The notes under the pieces were generated by a model. That model was not told the origin of the DNA and did not search any database. It saw only the letters and a list, made by a program, of their open reading frames with translations. 57,838 nucleotides of DNA from a bacterium (lineage in GTDB: Bacteria > Patescibacteriota > Minisyncoccia > Phycocordibacterales > Zambryskibacteraceae): the NCBI GenBank assembly GCA_030650605.1, contig JAUSDP010000070.1, forward strand, positions 1 to 57,838, read 5' to 3'. Made by a program: the position numbers and the translations under genes. Shown here piece after piece: positions 18,885-28,954 of this stretch (positions are counted from its first letter, which is position 1; each line of letters opens with the position of its first letter).

Positions 18885-20186
18885 ATGATTGACTTAGAAA
18901 AAATAAGGTCAGTATATTTTATTGGAATTGGGGGTAGTGGGATGTCATCCATAGCCAATATGATGATTGCTAAAAGCAAAATAGTTTTAGGCTCAGACAA
19001 AGAATCTAGTATTAATACACAGGAATTAGAACGTAGAGGAACACACATTTTCTATGAACAAAATGGCACTAATCTTTCAAAAGAAATTGAACTTGTGATC
19101 TATACGGTTGCTATTCCCGATAACAATCCGGAACTATTAAAAGCTAAGGAATTGAACATTCCATTATTGTCGTATCCGCAAATACTTAATTTAATCTCAA
19201 AAGAGATGATCACGATAGCGATAGCTGGTACTCATGGCAAAACCACCACAACAGCGATGCTTGCCCATATATTGAAGGGGGCTCATATTAAACCAACGGT
19301 AATAGTTGGTTCTGCAACCATAAATCAAAAGATTAATTTTATTGAGGGAAAGGGGGAATACCTTTTAGTTGAAGCGGATGAGTATAGGAAATCATTTCTT
19401 AATCTGAAGCCTAAGTATTTGGTCATTACTAATATCGATGAAGACCATCTTGATTTTTTTAAGAATTTAGAAGATATACAAAACACCTTTAAAGATCTGG
19501 TTGCTAAAATACCTACAGATGGTTTTCTAGTTTGTGATAGCGCCCAGCCACATCTAAAACCTATTTTAGAAAATATTCAGTGTAAAGTAGTAAAGTATGA
19601 ATCACTTTCAAAAGAAATAAAACTTCTTGTGCCGGGACACCACAATAGACAAAATGCTGGCGCAGCTTTTGCTCTGGCCTCAATCCTTGGATTGAGTAGG
19701 GAAATAATATCAAAGAAACTCCGATCCTTTAGGGGAGTGAGAAGAAGATTTGAATATAAGGGAAAAACTGTCCAAGGCGCGCTGATTTATGATGACTATG
19801 CCCATAATCCGCAAAAAATTTTATCCGCTCTTCAAGGGGCGAGAGAAATGCATCCAGACAAAAGAATTATTGCAGTTTTTCAACCACACCTTTATAGCCG
19901 TACTAAAACATTACTACAATCTTTTAAACATTCGTTTAAAGATGCGGATCAAGTTCTATTAGCCCCTATTTATGCCGCTCGGGAAGAATTTGACCCATCT
20001 ATTTCTTCTGAGATACTGGCACGGGAGATAATTAAAAATGGTATCTGGGTAGAAGCTTATCCATCCATAGAAGCTATAAAGATTAAATTAAATCAAACCC
20101 TAACAAAGGATGTAGTTGTGGTCATATTGGGAGCCGGAGATATTACAAAATTGTCAGAAACTCTCATATTTTCATCCACATATTAA
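18885..20186 (+). CDS. murC: UDP-N-acetylmuramate-L-alanine ligase
   Basis: GIGGSGMS, GTHGKTTTT, EADE, DDYAHNP and FQPH motifs. Confidence 0.95.
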   Translation: MIDLEKIRSVYFIGIGGSGMSSIANMMIAKSKIVLGSDKESSINTQELERRGTHIFYEQNGTNLSKEIELVIYTVAIPDNNPELLKAKELNIPLLSYPQILNLISKEMITIAIAGTHGKTTTTAMLAHILKGAHIKPTVIVGSATINQKINFIEGKGEYLLVEADEYRKSFLNLKPKYLVITNIDEDHLDFFKNLEDIQNTFKDLVAKIPTDGFLVCDSAQPHLKPILENIQCKVVKYESLSKEIKLLVPGHHNRQNAGAAFALASILGLSREIISKKLRSFRGVRRRFEYKGKTVQGALIYDDYAHNPQKILSALQGAREMHPDKRIIAVFQPHLYSRTKTLLQSFKHSFKDADQVLLAPIYAAREEFDPSISSEILAREIIKNGIWVEAYPSIEAIKIKLNQTLTKDVVVVILGAGDITKLSETLIFSSTY

Positions 20187-20244
20187 GACCAAAAAATATT
20201 TCTTTTGAGGGTTATTTGTGCTAGAATAAGAAGATAAAATACAT

Positions 20245-22215
20245 ATGCCGAAACCAGATAAGCCAACTAAGAAAACAAGCACATACAGCGCCGAATCCAT
20301 CACAGTTTTAGAGGGTCTTGAGCCTGTACGTAAGCGTCCGGGCATGTATATCGGTACCACTGGACCGGATGGTCTCCATCACCTTGTGACGGAGATTTTT
20401 GACAATTCTCGTGATGAAGCCATGGGCGGTTTTGCTAACGACATAGAAATAACTCTTTTACCAAAGAATCAAGTTCGCGTAGTTGATAATGGCCGAGGTA
20501 TTCCGGTTGATATTCATAAACAAACTAAAGTCTCTGCTCTCGAAACTATTATGACCACGCTCCATGCCGGAGGTAAATTTGGTGGCGAGGGATACAAAAT
20601 TTCTGGGGGACTTCATGGTGTCGGTGGTTCAGTGGTTAACGCTCTTTCTATTTATTGTCGAGCCGAGGTACATCGAGATGGTGGAATCTACGCCCAGGAA
20701 TATAGCCAGGGCAAGAGAAAAAGCGCTGTGAAAAAAATTGGTAATTCTAAACTCCACGGCACTATTATTACCTTTCAACCAGACCCGATTATTTTCCCAG
20801 ATACTAACTTCAATTTTGAGCAGATTGCAAATCACTTGCGCCAACAAGCCTACCTAGTAAAAGGCCTTCGAATATCACTCTTGGATGCTAGAGAAGTGGT
20901 AAAAGTAAATGACAACGGCATATTTTATATGCGAGAACTTAGATTAGATACTCCTTCAATGTCTTTTTATTTTGAAGGTGGACTTATGTCGCTAGTGCGA
21001 TTTGAAAATGCATACAACAAACCAATACACAAAAACATTTTTTATGTAGAAAAGAATGCCAATGGCAATGAATATGAAACGGTAGAGATAGCCCTTCAAT
21101 ATGTGGATGACATCACTTCACGTCTCTTACCTTTTGCTAACAATATTTATACCACCGAAGGTGGTACCCATGTCACTGGTTTTAAAACTGCTTTAACTCG
21201 AAGTTTAAACTCCTATGCCAGAAAAAATAACCTTGTAAACGAGAAAGAGGACAATTTCACCGGAGATGATGTACTCGAAGGTTTGACTGCAGTAATCTCA
21301 ATTAAACTACGTGAGATCCAGTTTGAGGGACAGACGAAAGCCAAACTTGGTAGTGTAGAAGCACAGAGTATGGTCACCACCATCTTCGGAGAAGCATTCT
21401 CTACTTTCTTGGAGGAAAACCCAGACGATGCCAGAGGTATCATCCAGAAAGTAGTTCTCGCACTCAAGGCAAGAAAAGCCGCTAAAGCCGCCAAAGACTC
21501 AGTACTTCGCAAAGGAGCACTCGAAGGTATGACTCTACCTGGAAAACTTGCCGACTGCCAATCCCGTTCGGCTGAAGAATCAGAATTGTTTATTGTTGAG
21601 GGAGATTCTGCTGGTGGTACAGCTAAACAGGGTAGGGATAGACGTATTCAAGCTATTCTACCTTTGCGTGGCAAAATTCTGAATATTGAGCGTGCGCGTC
21701 TTGACCGCATGCTCTCCAGCGAACAAATTAAAAATTTGGTGGTCGCTTTTGGTACAGCTATTGGGGATACTTTTGATATCACCAAACTTCGTTATCATAA
21801 AATTATTCTAGCCACTGATGCTGATGTCGACGGCGCACATATCCGGACCCTTTTGTTGACACTTCTTTATAGGTTCTTTCGACCTCTGATTGATTCCGGA
21901 TATGTTTATATTGCTCAACCACCTCTTTATAAAATTAAAAAGGGCAAGGAAATTATGTATGTTTATTCGGAGGAAGAACGTGAGAATAAAGGAGTTGGGG
22001 CAACAGATGTTCAAAGATACAAGGGTCTAGGAGAAATGAATGCTGAAGAACTTTGGGAAACAACCATGAATCCAAAAGTGAGAATCTTAAAACAAGTAGC
22101 GGTAGAAGATGCGAGAGAGGCAGATCGTATCTTCGATATTCTCATGGGTTCTGATGTTCCTTCCCGCAAATCATTCATTCAATCCAATGCCAAAAAGGCT
22201 GTTTTAGACGTGTAA
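20245..22215 (+). CDS. gyrB: DNA gyrase subunit B
   Basis: RKRPGMYIG, EGDSAGG, PLRGK, DADVDG and QRYKGLGEM motifs. Confidence 0.95.
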   Translation: MPKPDKPTKKTSTYSAESITVLEGLEPVRKRPGMYIGTTGPDGLHHLVTEIFDNSRDEAMGGFANDIEITLLPKNQVRVVDNGRGIPVDIHKQTKVSALETIMTTLHAGGKFGGEGYKISGGLHGVGGSVVNALSIYCRAEVHRDGGIYAQEYSQGKRKSAVKKIGNSKLHGTIITFQPDPIIFPDTNFNFEQIANHLRQQAYLVKGLRISLLDAREVVKVNDNGIFYMRELRLDTPSMSFYFEGGLMSLVRFENAYNKPIHKNIFYVEKNANGNEYETVEIALQYVDDITSRLLPFANNIYTTEGGTHVTGFKTALTRSLNSYARKNNLVNEKEDNFTGDDVLEGLTAVISIKLREIQFEGQTKAKLGSVEAQSMVTTIFGEAFSTFLEENPDDARGIIQKVVLALKARKAAKAAKDSVLRKGALEGMTLPGKLADCQSRSAEESELFIVEGDSAGGTAKQGRDRRIQAILPLRGKILNIERARLDRMLSSEQIKNLVVAFGTAIGDTFDITKLRYHKIILATDADVDGAHIRTLLLTLLYRFFRPLIDSGYVYIAQPPLYKIKKGKEIMYVYSEEERENKGVGATDVQRYKGLGEMNAEELWETTMNPKVRILKQVAVEDAREADRIFDILMGSDVPSRKSFIQSNAKKAVLDV

Positions 22216-22284
22216 AATACAGAACTTAGTGTCTTTTTCAATTGTTCTACACCGTGTGTAGAACAATTTTTTGTTGGGGACAGA

Positions 22285-22362
22285 GTGGGGATAAATAGTG
22301 GATAACTTTAGTAGAATTGTGGTTAGTAGTGGTATAGAATGTTTGTTAGTGGGAAATAGTGG
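22285..22362 (+). promoter_or_regulatory. Putative MraZ operator (GTGG repeats in 10-bp register)
   Basis: GTGG at 22319, 22329, 22349 and 22359 (also 22285, 22298) directly upstream of mraZ. Confidence 0.7.
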
Positions 22363-22377
22363 TAAGATGAAAGAAAA

Positions 22378-22794
22378 ATGTTTATTGGCGAGTACACACA
22401 TACAGTTGATGAAAAGAGTCGCTTCTCTTTACCTGTTAAATTTCGTAAGGAGCTTGGTAAAAAAGTAGTTGTAACTCGCGGTAAAGATCATTGTCTCTTT
22501 CTCTATCCCCACAAAACATGGATTTCCATTTCGGAAGAAGTGAGAAAACTTGGCCATGTAGAAAGTGACCATCGCTATGCACGATTTACTTTCTCTGGTG
22601 CATCCGAAATCGAGATCGATTCTATAGGTAGGATTCTCATCCCAGAATTCTTGCGAGAGTTTGCAGACCTGCCTGCCGGCGAGGCGGGTTTGAAGAATCC
22701 AATAATCATCACTGGCGTCCACGATAGGGTGGAAATCTGGAATGCCTCGAGTTGGTCGACTTATAGAAAAAGGCTTGAATCAGAGTATGCATAA
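22378..22794 (+). CDS. mraZ: Transcriptional regulator MraZ
   Basis: MFIGEYTHTVDEKSR, DSIGRILIP, RVEIW. Confidence 0.95.
   Translation: MFIGEYTHTVDEKSRFSLPVKFRKELGKKVVVTRGKDHCLFLYPHKTWISISEEVRKLGHVESDHRYARFTFSGASEIEIDSIGRILIPEFLREFADLPAGEAGLKNPIIITGVHDRVEIWNASSWSTYRKRLESEYA
22668..22688 (+). repeat. Hairpin element family B, in-frame in mraZ (LPAGEAG)
   Basis: CCTGCCTGCCGGCGAGGCGGG, 21 nt. Confidence 0.8.
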
Positions 22795-23605
22795 ACCTGT
22801 TCTTTTACACGAAAGTATTGAGGCCCTTGATTTAAAGCCGAACAGTATATTTTTCGACGGTACGTTTGGCGGTGGGGGACATAGTAATGAAGTAAGAAAA
22901 CAATTTCCAATGGTTAAGATCATAGCAATAGATCAAGATCCTGAAGTAGACGCTATCCACACGAACTTTAGAAACCTAGATAAGATTGTGACCCAAAAAG
23001 TAGATGCTATTCTCTTCGATCTCGGGATCTCTACCCTACAGCTTGAAAATTCTGGTAGGGGATTCTCATTTCTCAAAAATGAACCTCTAGATATGCGAAT
23101 GTCTGGTGAGGGTATCACTGCCAGAGATATCCTAAATTCCTGGGATGAACACGCGATTGAGCTTGTCCTACGTGGTTTCGGAGAAGAGAAGATCTCAAAA
23201 AAAATTGCTAGAGCAATTATTAAGAGAAGGAAGATCAAATCATTTCAAACCACATTTGATCTAGTAGAAACAGTTCTTGCGGTTAAGCCAAAAAGTTGGC
23301 GCGAGAAAATCCACCCTGCTACCAAGACTTTTCAAGCTCTACGTATCGCAACAAATGAAGAGCTCACTAGTCTTGAGATTGGATTAGAAAAGGGCTTCAG
23401 AGCTCTAGAAGTAAATGGAAGATTTGCAGTTATTTCCTTCCATAGTTTGGAAGACCGAATAGTAAAAAATTTTTTTCGCGACAAAATAAAAGAAAAATCC
23501 GCTCGGCCAATCACCAAAAAACCCATCATCCCGAGTGCAAAAGAAGTCGAAGACAATCCGCGTTCACGCAGCGCCAAATTAAGAGTGCTAGCAAAAAATG
23601 AATAA
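22787..23605 (+). CDS. rsmH: 16S rRNA m4C1402 methyltransferase
   Basis: HKPVLL, DGTFGGGGH, PLDMRM, FHSLEDR, RSAKLR; start at ATG 22787. Confidence 0.95.
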   Translation: MHKPVLLHESIEALDLKPNSIFFDGTFGGGGHSNEVRKQFPMVKIIAIDQDPEVDAIHTNFRNLDKIVTQKVDAILFDLGISTLQLENSGRGFSFLKNEPLDMRMSGEGITARDILNSWDEHAIELVLRGFGEEKISKKIARAIIKRRKIKSFQTTFDLVETVLAVKPKSWREKIHPATKTFQALRIATNEELTSLEIGLEKGFRALEVNGRFAVISFHSLEDRIVKNFFRDKIKEKSARPITKKPIIPSAKEVEDNPRSRSAKLRVLAKNE

Positions 23606-23921
23606 CAAAATAAGAACAAATTTATATAATCAGCGAGTGCGCCTTTTTTGGGTTTTGGTCAGTATTTCAATACTCTCTCTATTCGTCTATATTTATGCCA
23701 TAAATGCTATTGCCAGAAATGTCGCCGTTAGCCAAGATTTAGAGAAAAAAATGACTAATATATCAACCAACTTTAATTCACTTGAATTCAAGTTTATTGA
23801 ACTTAGAAATAAGGTCACTATGGAACTCGCGTATCAACATGGTTTTCAAGAAGTGAAGTATCCACTCTATATCTCTAAGACTCGTTCTTCATCCCTCTCG
23901 TTCAATACAGTTAAGCGTTAA
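23598..23921 (+). CDS. FtsL-like cell division protein
   Basis: TM plus coiled coil; lies between rsmH and ftsI. Confidence 0.65.
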   Translation: MNNKIRTNLYNQRVRLFWVLVSISILSLFVYIYAINAIARNVAVSQDLEKKMTNISTNFNSLEFKFIELRNKVTMELAYQHGFQEVKYPLYISKTRSSSLSFNTVKR

Positions 23922-23923
23922 GC

Positions 23924-25675
23924 ATGATGCGGGGGCCAAAAAACAGGCTGCGTCTCCTCTCTTTCTTCATAGTTCTTTTTGCCTTATTACTTGTTAGTAG
24001 ACTTTATATTATACAAATTGTATCGAGAGAAAAATTTGAAGCTAAAGCGGAACATCAATACATTGCTGGAGTAAATTATTTTGATCGAGGTTCAATATAT
24101 TTTACTGCAATGGATGGATCACTCATCCCAGCGGCCAGTCTTAAATTTGGGTTTATTCTTCATATTAATCCCCGTATTTTAAGTTTGCGTAAGGACGTAG
24201 CGGAAATTTATGAAATAGTGAACGCCATCACTCCAATTAACAAAGAGGAGTTCCTAATTAAAGCAGGCAAATATGATGATCCATACGAAGAATTGGCAAA
24301 ACATTTAACAATCGAGATAGCAGAAAAAATCCGCGCACTTAAAATCTCCGGTCTAAGTATGAGTCAGGAGAAGTGGCGTATCTATCCAGGTGATACTATG
24401 GCGGCACATACTATTGGCCTTATTGGCTACTCTGGCAATGAACTTGCTGGGCGATATGGACTAGAGCGCTTTTATGAATCCGTACTCAAAAGGAGTCGGG
24501 ATAGTGTTTTTGTCAACTTCTTCGCTGAAATTTTTTCTAATATAAAGAAAGCAGTTAGTCAAGATGAGAGTTTGGAAGGAGATATTATCACTAGTATTGA
24601 ACCATCGGTAGAAGCGTTTCTAGAAAGTGAATTGGAAAAAGTGACTGATAAATACAACTCGGACTTTACCGGTGGTGTAGTGATTAATCCAAAAACCGGA
24701 GAAATTTTTGCTATGGCGCTCACTCCTACCTTCGATCCTAACTCACCACAAAATGAGAATAATTCGACCATCTTTAGTAATAGACTAGTAGAAGACCGTT
24801 ACGAGATGGGGTCAATCGTAAAGGCTCTCACATTGTCCGTAGGACTCGACTCTGGAGCAATAACGGCCAAAAGCACTTATAACGATCCTGGATGTATAAC
24901 TCTCAACACAAGGACTTTCTGCAATTATGATGGCAAATCACATGGTTCTGGTCTATCCATGCAGATAGTACTCAATAAGTCGCTCAATACTGGAGCCGCC
25001 TTTGTAGCCTCTCGTGTAGGAAATTCCAAATTCAATAACGCAATGCTCGCTTTTGGCCTTGATAACATTACTGGCATTGATTTACCGAATGAAGGTAAGT
25101 CCCTTGTTTCAAATCTTAAAACTAATCGAGATTTAGAGCCGGCGCAGGCATCTTTCGGTCAAGGTATTGCTCTTACCCCTATCACCACCGTTCGCGCTCT
25201 CTCAGCTCTCGCCAATGGCGGCACGCTTATCACTCCCCACTTGGTTAAAGAAATTAAATACAAACTAGGACCAACCAAGACTATAGTCTATCCGGGAGAA
25301 GAGGGAAGGGAACGAGCCTTGAGTCCGGAAACTTCGACAGAAATATCACGCATGTTGACAGAAGTGGTGGACCGATCTTTGCGTGAAGGTAGGGTTAGAC
25401 TCGAGAACTACAGTATTGCTGCCAAGACTGGTACCGCGCAAATAGCTAAACCAGGTGGGGGAGGATATTATGATGACCGTTATCTTCACTCCTTTTTCGG
25501 ATACTTCCCGTCGTATGAACCGAAGTTTCTAGTCTTTCTCTACACTTATTATCCAAAAAATGTGCACTATGCATCGGAAACCTTAACTGACACGTTTATA
25601 AATATGACTAAATTTCTCATAAATTATTATAACATCCCACCTGATAGAGAGACACCTCCGCCTTCGCGTAGTTGA
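23924..25675 (+). CDS. ftsI: Class B penicillin-binding protein (FtsI)
   Basis: SIVK, SLN and KTGT motifs; dcw position. Confidence 0.9.
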   Translation: MMRGPKNRLRLLSFFIVLFALLLVSRLYIIQIVSREKFEAKAEHQYIAGVNYFDRGSIYFTAMDGSLIPAASLKFGFILHINPRILSLRKDVAEIYEIVNAITPINKEEFLIKAGKYDDPYEELAKHLTIEIAEKIRALKISGLSMSQEKWRIYPGDTMAAHTIGLIGYSGNELAGRYGLERFYESVLKRSRDSVFVNFFAEIFSNIKKAVSQDESLEGDIITSIEPSVEAFLESELEKVTDKYNSDFTGGVVINPKTGEIFAMALTPTFDPNSPQNENNSTIFSNRLVEDRYEMGSIVKALTLSVGLDSGAITAKSTYNDPGCITLNTRTFCNYDGKSHGSGLSMQIVLNKSLNTGAAFVASRVGNSKFNNAMLAFGLDNITGIDLPNEGKSLVSNLKTNRDLEPAQASFGQGIALTPITTVRALSALANGGTLITPHLVKEIKYKLGPTKTIVYPGEEGRERALSPETSTEISRMLTEVVDRSLREGRVRLENYSIAAKTGTAQIAKPGGGGYYDDRYLHSFFGYFPSYEPKFLVFLYTYYPKNVHYASETLTDTFINMTKFLINYYNIPPDRETPPPSRS

Positions 25676-25711
25676 TTCATCATTCATTGTTCGCTATTGT
25701 TTCTTCTACGG

Positions 25712-25735
25712 CTTGCCCTGAGCGAAGTCGAAGGG
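25712..25735 (-). repeat. Element family A, abutting the pseudo-tRNA 5' end
   Basis: Reverse complement CCCTTCGACTTCGCTCAGGGCAAG. Confidence 0.8.
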
Positions 25736-25816
25736 CCTCATCGTTCCCGATTTCCTTTCAGGAAATCGAGGATCCGCGATTCCGATTAGATAATCGGAAT
25801 CGGGACTAACGGTAAG
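25734..25816 (+). pseudogene. 5' fragment of tRNA-Glu interrupted by a 61-nt family E double hairpin (25745-25805)
   Basis: Removing 25745-25805 gives GGCCTCATCGTCTAACGGTAAG; first 16 nt identical to the tRNA at 26156. Confidence 0.8.
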
Positions 25817-25827
25817 TTATTTCTAAA

Positions 25828-26073
25828 ATGTTCTACGTTTATATACTTCAATCAAACAGAAACGGCTCTTACTACATTGGATGTACAGATGATATAACGA
25901 GAAGACTTTCTGAACACAATATGGGTAAAGTAAAGAGCACTAAAGCATATAAGCCATGGTTGTTGCAGTACACAGAGAAATATAATACATTATCAGAAGC
26001 CCGGAAACGTGAGAAACAAATCAAACATTGGAAAAGCAGAACGGCAATTGAAAGATTGCTAAAAAAATTGTAG
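25828..26073 (+). CDS. Solitary GIY-YIG nuclease (UPF0213/SLX1-like)
   Basis: YVYILQS...YYIG...RRLSEHN...REKQIK. Confidence 0.92.
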   Translation: MFYVYILQSNRNGSYYIGCTDDITRRLSEHNMGKVKSTKAYKPWLLQYTEKYNTLSEARKREKQIKHWKSRTAIERLLKKL

Positions 26074-26086
26074 TATCGTGGAGAAG

Positions 26087-26157
26087 GTCCCGTCCTCGAT
26101 TAAAAATCGGGACGAGGACCCTCGATTTTATAGAAACTGCATTTGATAAAATCGGGG
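26087..26157. repeat. Family E hairpin cluster abutting tRNA-Glu
   Basis: CCTCGATT...AATCGGG arms occur twice. Confidence 0.75.
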
Positions 26158-26227
26158 CCTCATCGTCTAACAGTTAGGACGGAAGCTTCTCAAGCTTTAA
26201 ATCCGGGTGCGATTCCCGGTGAGGTCA
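26156..26227 (+). tRNA. tRNA-Glu(CTC)
   Basis: GGCCTCA/TGAGGTC acceptor, GAAGC-TTCTCAA-GCTTT anticodon arm, CCGGG-TGCGATT-CCCGG T arm. Confidence 0.92.
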
Positions 26228-28537
26228 CAATTTGAAACCTGTTTCTGTTACAGCCACGTCGTCAATATCACAAACGCCGCTGACACAGGCGAGTTCCGCT
26301 TTCTGGTCCAACTCATTGGTCTGTTCATAAGTCACAATTTTTGAGAAATCAATATTACCCAATCGCTTTAGCATTTCTTTGTACGTCTTTTCATCAATGG
26401 ATTCGTAGGGAGCAAGTTTATAGACATGATTTTCTCTTGGTAGAAAAGCTAATCCTCCAACGATATCCCAGTTTTTGTAAACCCAATTAGCAACATCGAT
26501 CCATTCATCATCACCAATAGAAATAGTGGTGGAAGGATTATGTTCAGTAAAGTTTTCTTTAACCATTTTCCAATACTCCAATTGTTCGAGCGCGGTTTGG
26601 TCATTTTTAAAAATGGCGCGGTCCGGAGCTTTCATCGGGAAATCTAAAACGTAAGTAGTGGCATTCTCCATAGTTTGTCCAGCTTCTGGATGAAATGGCA
26701 CACCCTGGTCACGAAGCATTTTGAAAAGCGCATCGGTCGAGGCTATACGCACACGTCGAATATAGAAGGCAGAGTGTCTCGGATGAATCCCCGAAGAACA
26801 ATCGACAGTTTGAGAAAGATTCCCAGACGGTTTGATACAAGTGACACAAGTGGATTGATTGATACTAAATCGTTTAGCGTAAACTTTATTTATTTTTATC
26901 ACTTCATCACGTAATTTACGCATAACTTCAGGACTTCGCACAGTTGGACAATCCCACTGTCCAGAGATTGAAACACCAAGTAAGGCTTCCTTTTTGCAAT
27001 TCTTTTTCCATTCTTTTGAGAGGTATGGAAAATTGGTAAGTGATGCTTGATATGTACCTAAAATTGTGGCTACTCTAATTTTGCGCATAAGAGTGGCCTC
27101 CGTATCTTCTACACGTGCAACGATTTCTGACAAATTACAGAATTGCTTAGATTGTAGAATAATCTCCCCACACGGATTACCGCCCCAACGTGGCGTGGTT
27201 TCTGGAGTAAACTGCGCCAAACGACGTTTGGGTAAAGTCAGTTGCAAGCCGCCACGATTATAGATACCCCGTTCACCAGAGCGAGATTTTATCAGAGCAA
27301 TCCATTCTTCCATAAACTCCTCATTACTAGGTTTGGTCTCATAGACGGCAGAATTATTAGAAAGCATTCGTTGAGGATCTGTATTCCAAAATTGTCCTTT
27401 TTTGGCATCACGAATAGCGATATCTTCTAAGTCTGAAAGTGAAATCATAGCACTTCGACGCACACCACCCGCTACTACAATATTGCCTATTTCACACATA
27501 ATATCGTGCGCATCGATGTTTTCTAATCGTTTGCCTTGTTTGGCTAATATTTTTCTTCTTGCAAAAGTAAGCAGTTCGCGCAAAGGTTCTGGTCCTGATG
27601 ATTTACCTCCCATAGTCTTAAGTCGAGCGCCGGCAGGACGAAGTTTTGAATAATCAAACTCGATATCTAAACCATTTGCCCAGGTCTCCATACCAAGAGT
27701 TAACGCCTCACACCATCCTTCTTTGCTATCAGCAATAACATGTGTTGGTAATTTTTTCCCAGTCTGACGTTTTATTTGTGGAAGTTTTTGAATGTTTTCA
27801 CTTTCTGCTGACCATCCCACACCAGCACCCGACATCGAGATAAACATAATCTCGGAGAAATCTTTAAAAGTTTCTGGTGCTATGTAAGAACAATTGTAGG
27901 CACACACATTGTTGACACGCGCCGCTGTACCAGCAAACTGCAAGAGTCGCATTGACGGCATGGCTTCATGTTTCAAGATTGCTTCTCTAACTTCGGCATA
28001 CTCGGAATCTTTTAATTTATCACCGAGAGTCTCCTTCATAAAATCTACATACCTATCTACTGTTTCTATCCAACACTCTCTACGATTCTCTTCATCAATC
28101 CATTTTGAATAAGTGCGATAATAAACAAATTCGCCAAGTTGGTTTTTAAAATATTTTTTACTATCGGCAACAAGTCTTTTAACTTTTTGTGGCACCTCAA
28201 CACCCTTATAACGAAGTTTGGTACGCTCTTCCCGATAGATAATATAGGCCTTGGCTGTGGCAAGAAATTTCTGAAGCATGAGCTCTGCTTCCACTAGATC
28301 TTGTACTCCCTCAACTGTAGGAGTTGCCACCGATCCATCTGCTTTCGGCAATAATAATTTTTTAGAAACGGCCTCAGCAACTCTTTCCGGTGCGCCTTGA
28401 TCAAATTCTTTAGCAGCGTGCATAGCTTTCTCTATAGCGCGAGCAATTTTACTGTTGTCAAAAGAAACAACTGAACCGTCTCGTTTTATTATTGAGGTAA
28501 TTCGTGTGGACTTAGTGGTAAAGACAGTTTTTTTCAT
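26225..28537 (-). CDS. nrdJ: Class II (B12-dependent) ribonucleotide reductase with ATP cone
   Basis: IIKRDG ATP cone, NPCGEI, CIKPSG, C-terminal CVSGVC. Confidence 0.9.
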   Translation of the reverse strand: MKKTVFTTKSTRITSIIKRDGSVVSFDNSKIARAIEKAMHAAKEFDQGAPERVAEAVSKKLLLPKADGSVATPTVEGVQDLVEAELMLQKFLATAKAYIIYREERTKLRYKGVEVPQKVKRLVADSKKYFKNQLGEFVYYRTYSKWIDEENRRECWIETVDRYVDFMKETLGDKLKDSEYAEVREAILKHEAMPSMRLLQFAGTAARVNNVCAYNCSYIAPETFKDFSEIMFISMSGAGVGWSAESENIQKLPQIKRQTGKKLPTHVIADSKEGWCEALTLGMETWANGLDIEFDYSKLRPAGARLKTMGGKSSGPEPLRELLTFARRKILAKQGKRLENIDAHDIMCEIGNIVVAGGVRRSAMISLSDLEDIAIRDAKKGQFWNTDPQRMLSNNSAVYETKPSNEEFMEEWIALIKSRSGERGIYNRGGLQLTLPKRRLAQFTPETTPRWGGNPCGEIILQSKQFCNLSEIVARVEDTEATLMRKIRVATILGTYQASLTNFPYLSKEWKKNCKKEALLGVSISGQWDCPTVRSPEVMRKLRDEVIKINKVYAKRFSINQSTCVTCIKPSGNLSQTVDCSSGIHPRHSAFYIRRVRIASTDALFKMLRDQGVPFHPEAGQTMENATTYVLDFPMKAPDRAIFKNDQTALEQLEYWKMVKENFTEHNPSTTISIGDDEWIDVANWVYKNWDIVGGLAFLPRENHVYKLAPYESIDEKTYKEMLKRLGNIDFSKIVTYEQTNELDQKAELACVSGVCDIDDVAVTETGFKL

Positions 28538-28682
28538 GACGTGGTATATTATTGTGTGTTACTTTTATAATTGTCGATACATTATAAAACATATAAATAC
28601 TTTTTGGTAAGAAAAAAGGTGGAAAACTTGTTGCAAAACAAAAAAGACCTCTTCGCAAGAGCATATTTACATTTGTTATAAC

Positions 28683-28713
28683 AAAAAGGGGGGCAGACTT
28701 ACGCCTGCCCCCC
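28683..28713 (-). terminator. Intrinsic terminator
   Basis: GGGGGGCAG/CTGCCCCCC stem with T5 on the minus strand. Confidence 0.8.
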
Positions 28714-28728
28714 GAAACCTAACAAAAA

Positions 28729-28911
28729 CTAACGATAACCTTGTCGCCGCTGCTCTTTTTTGAGTTTTTCTTGCCACTCTTCCTGCCGATCATCCGCTTC
28801 GGCGCCGGCTTGACGCTCGCGAAAATCGCGAACTATCTTGCCGGTGTAGTTAGAGTAAGAAAAGGCTCTTGACTTTTTGCTACTCGGTTTTATTTTTCGA
28901 AACATACCCAT
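28729..28911 (-). CDS. Orphan basic 60-aa protein
   Basis: GAGGAGG SD, TTGACA-17-TATAAT promoter (28977-28949), own terminator. Confidence 0.7.
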   Translation of the reverse strand: MGMFRKIKPSSKKSRAFSYSNYTGKIVRDFRERQAGAEADDRQEEWQEKLKKEQRRQGYR

Positions 28912-28954
28912 AATAATTCCTCCTCTTGATTTCTACTGTCCAGTTTAGATTATA

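Noticed and set aside
28538-28625. NrdR boxes upstream of nrdJ
   Set aside because: Only loose AT-rich matches; no convincing tandem pair.
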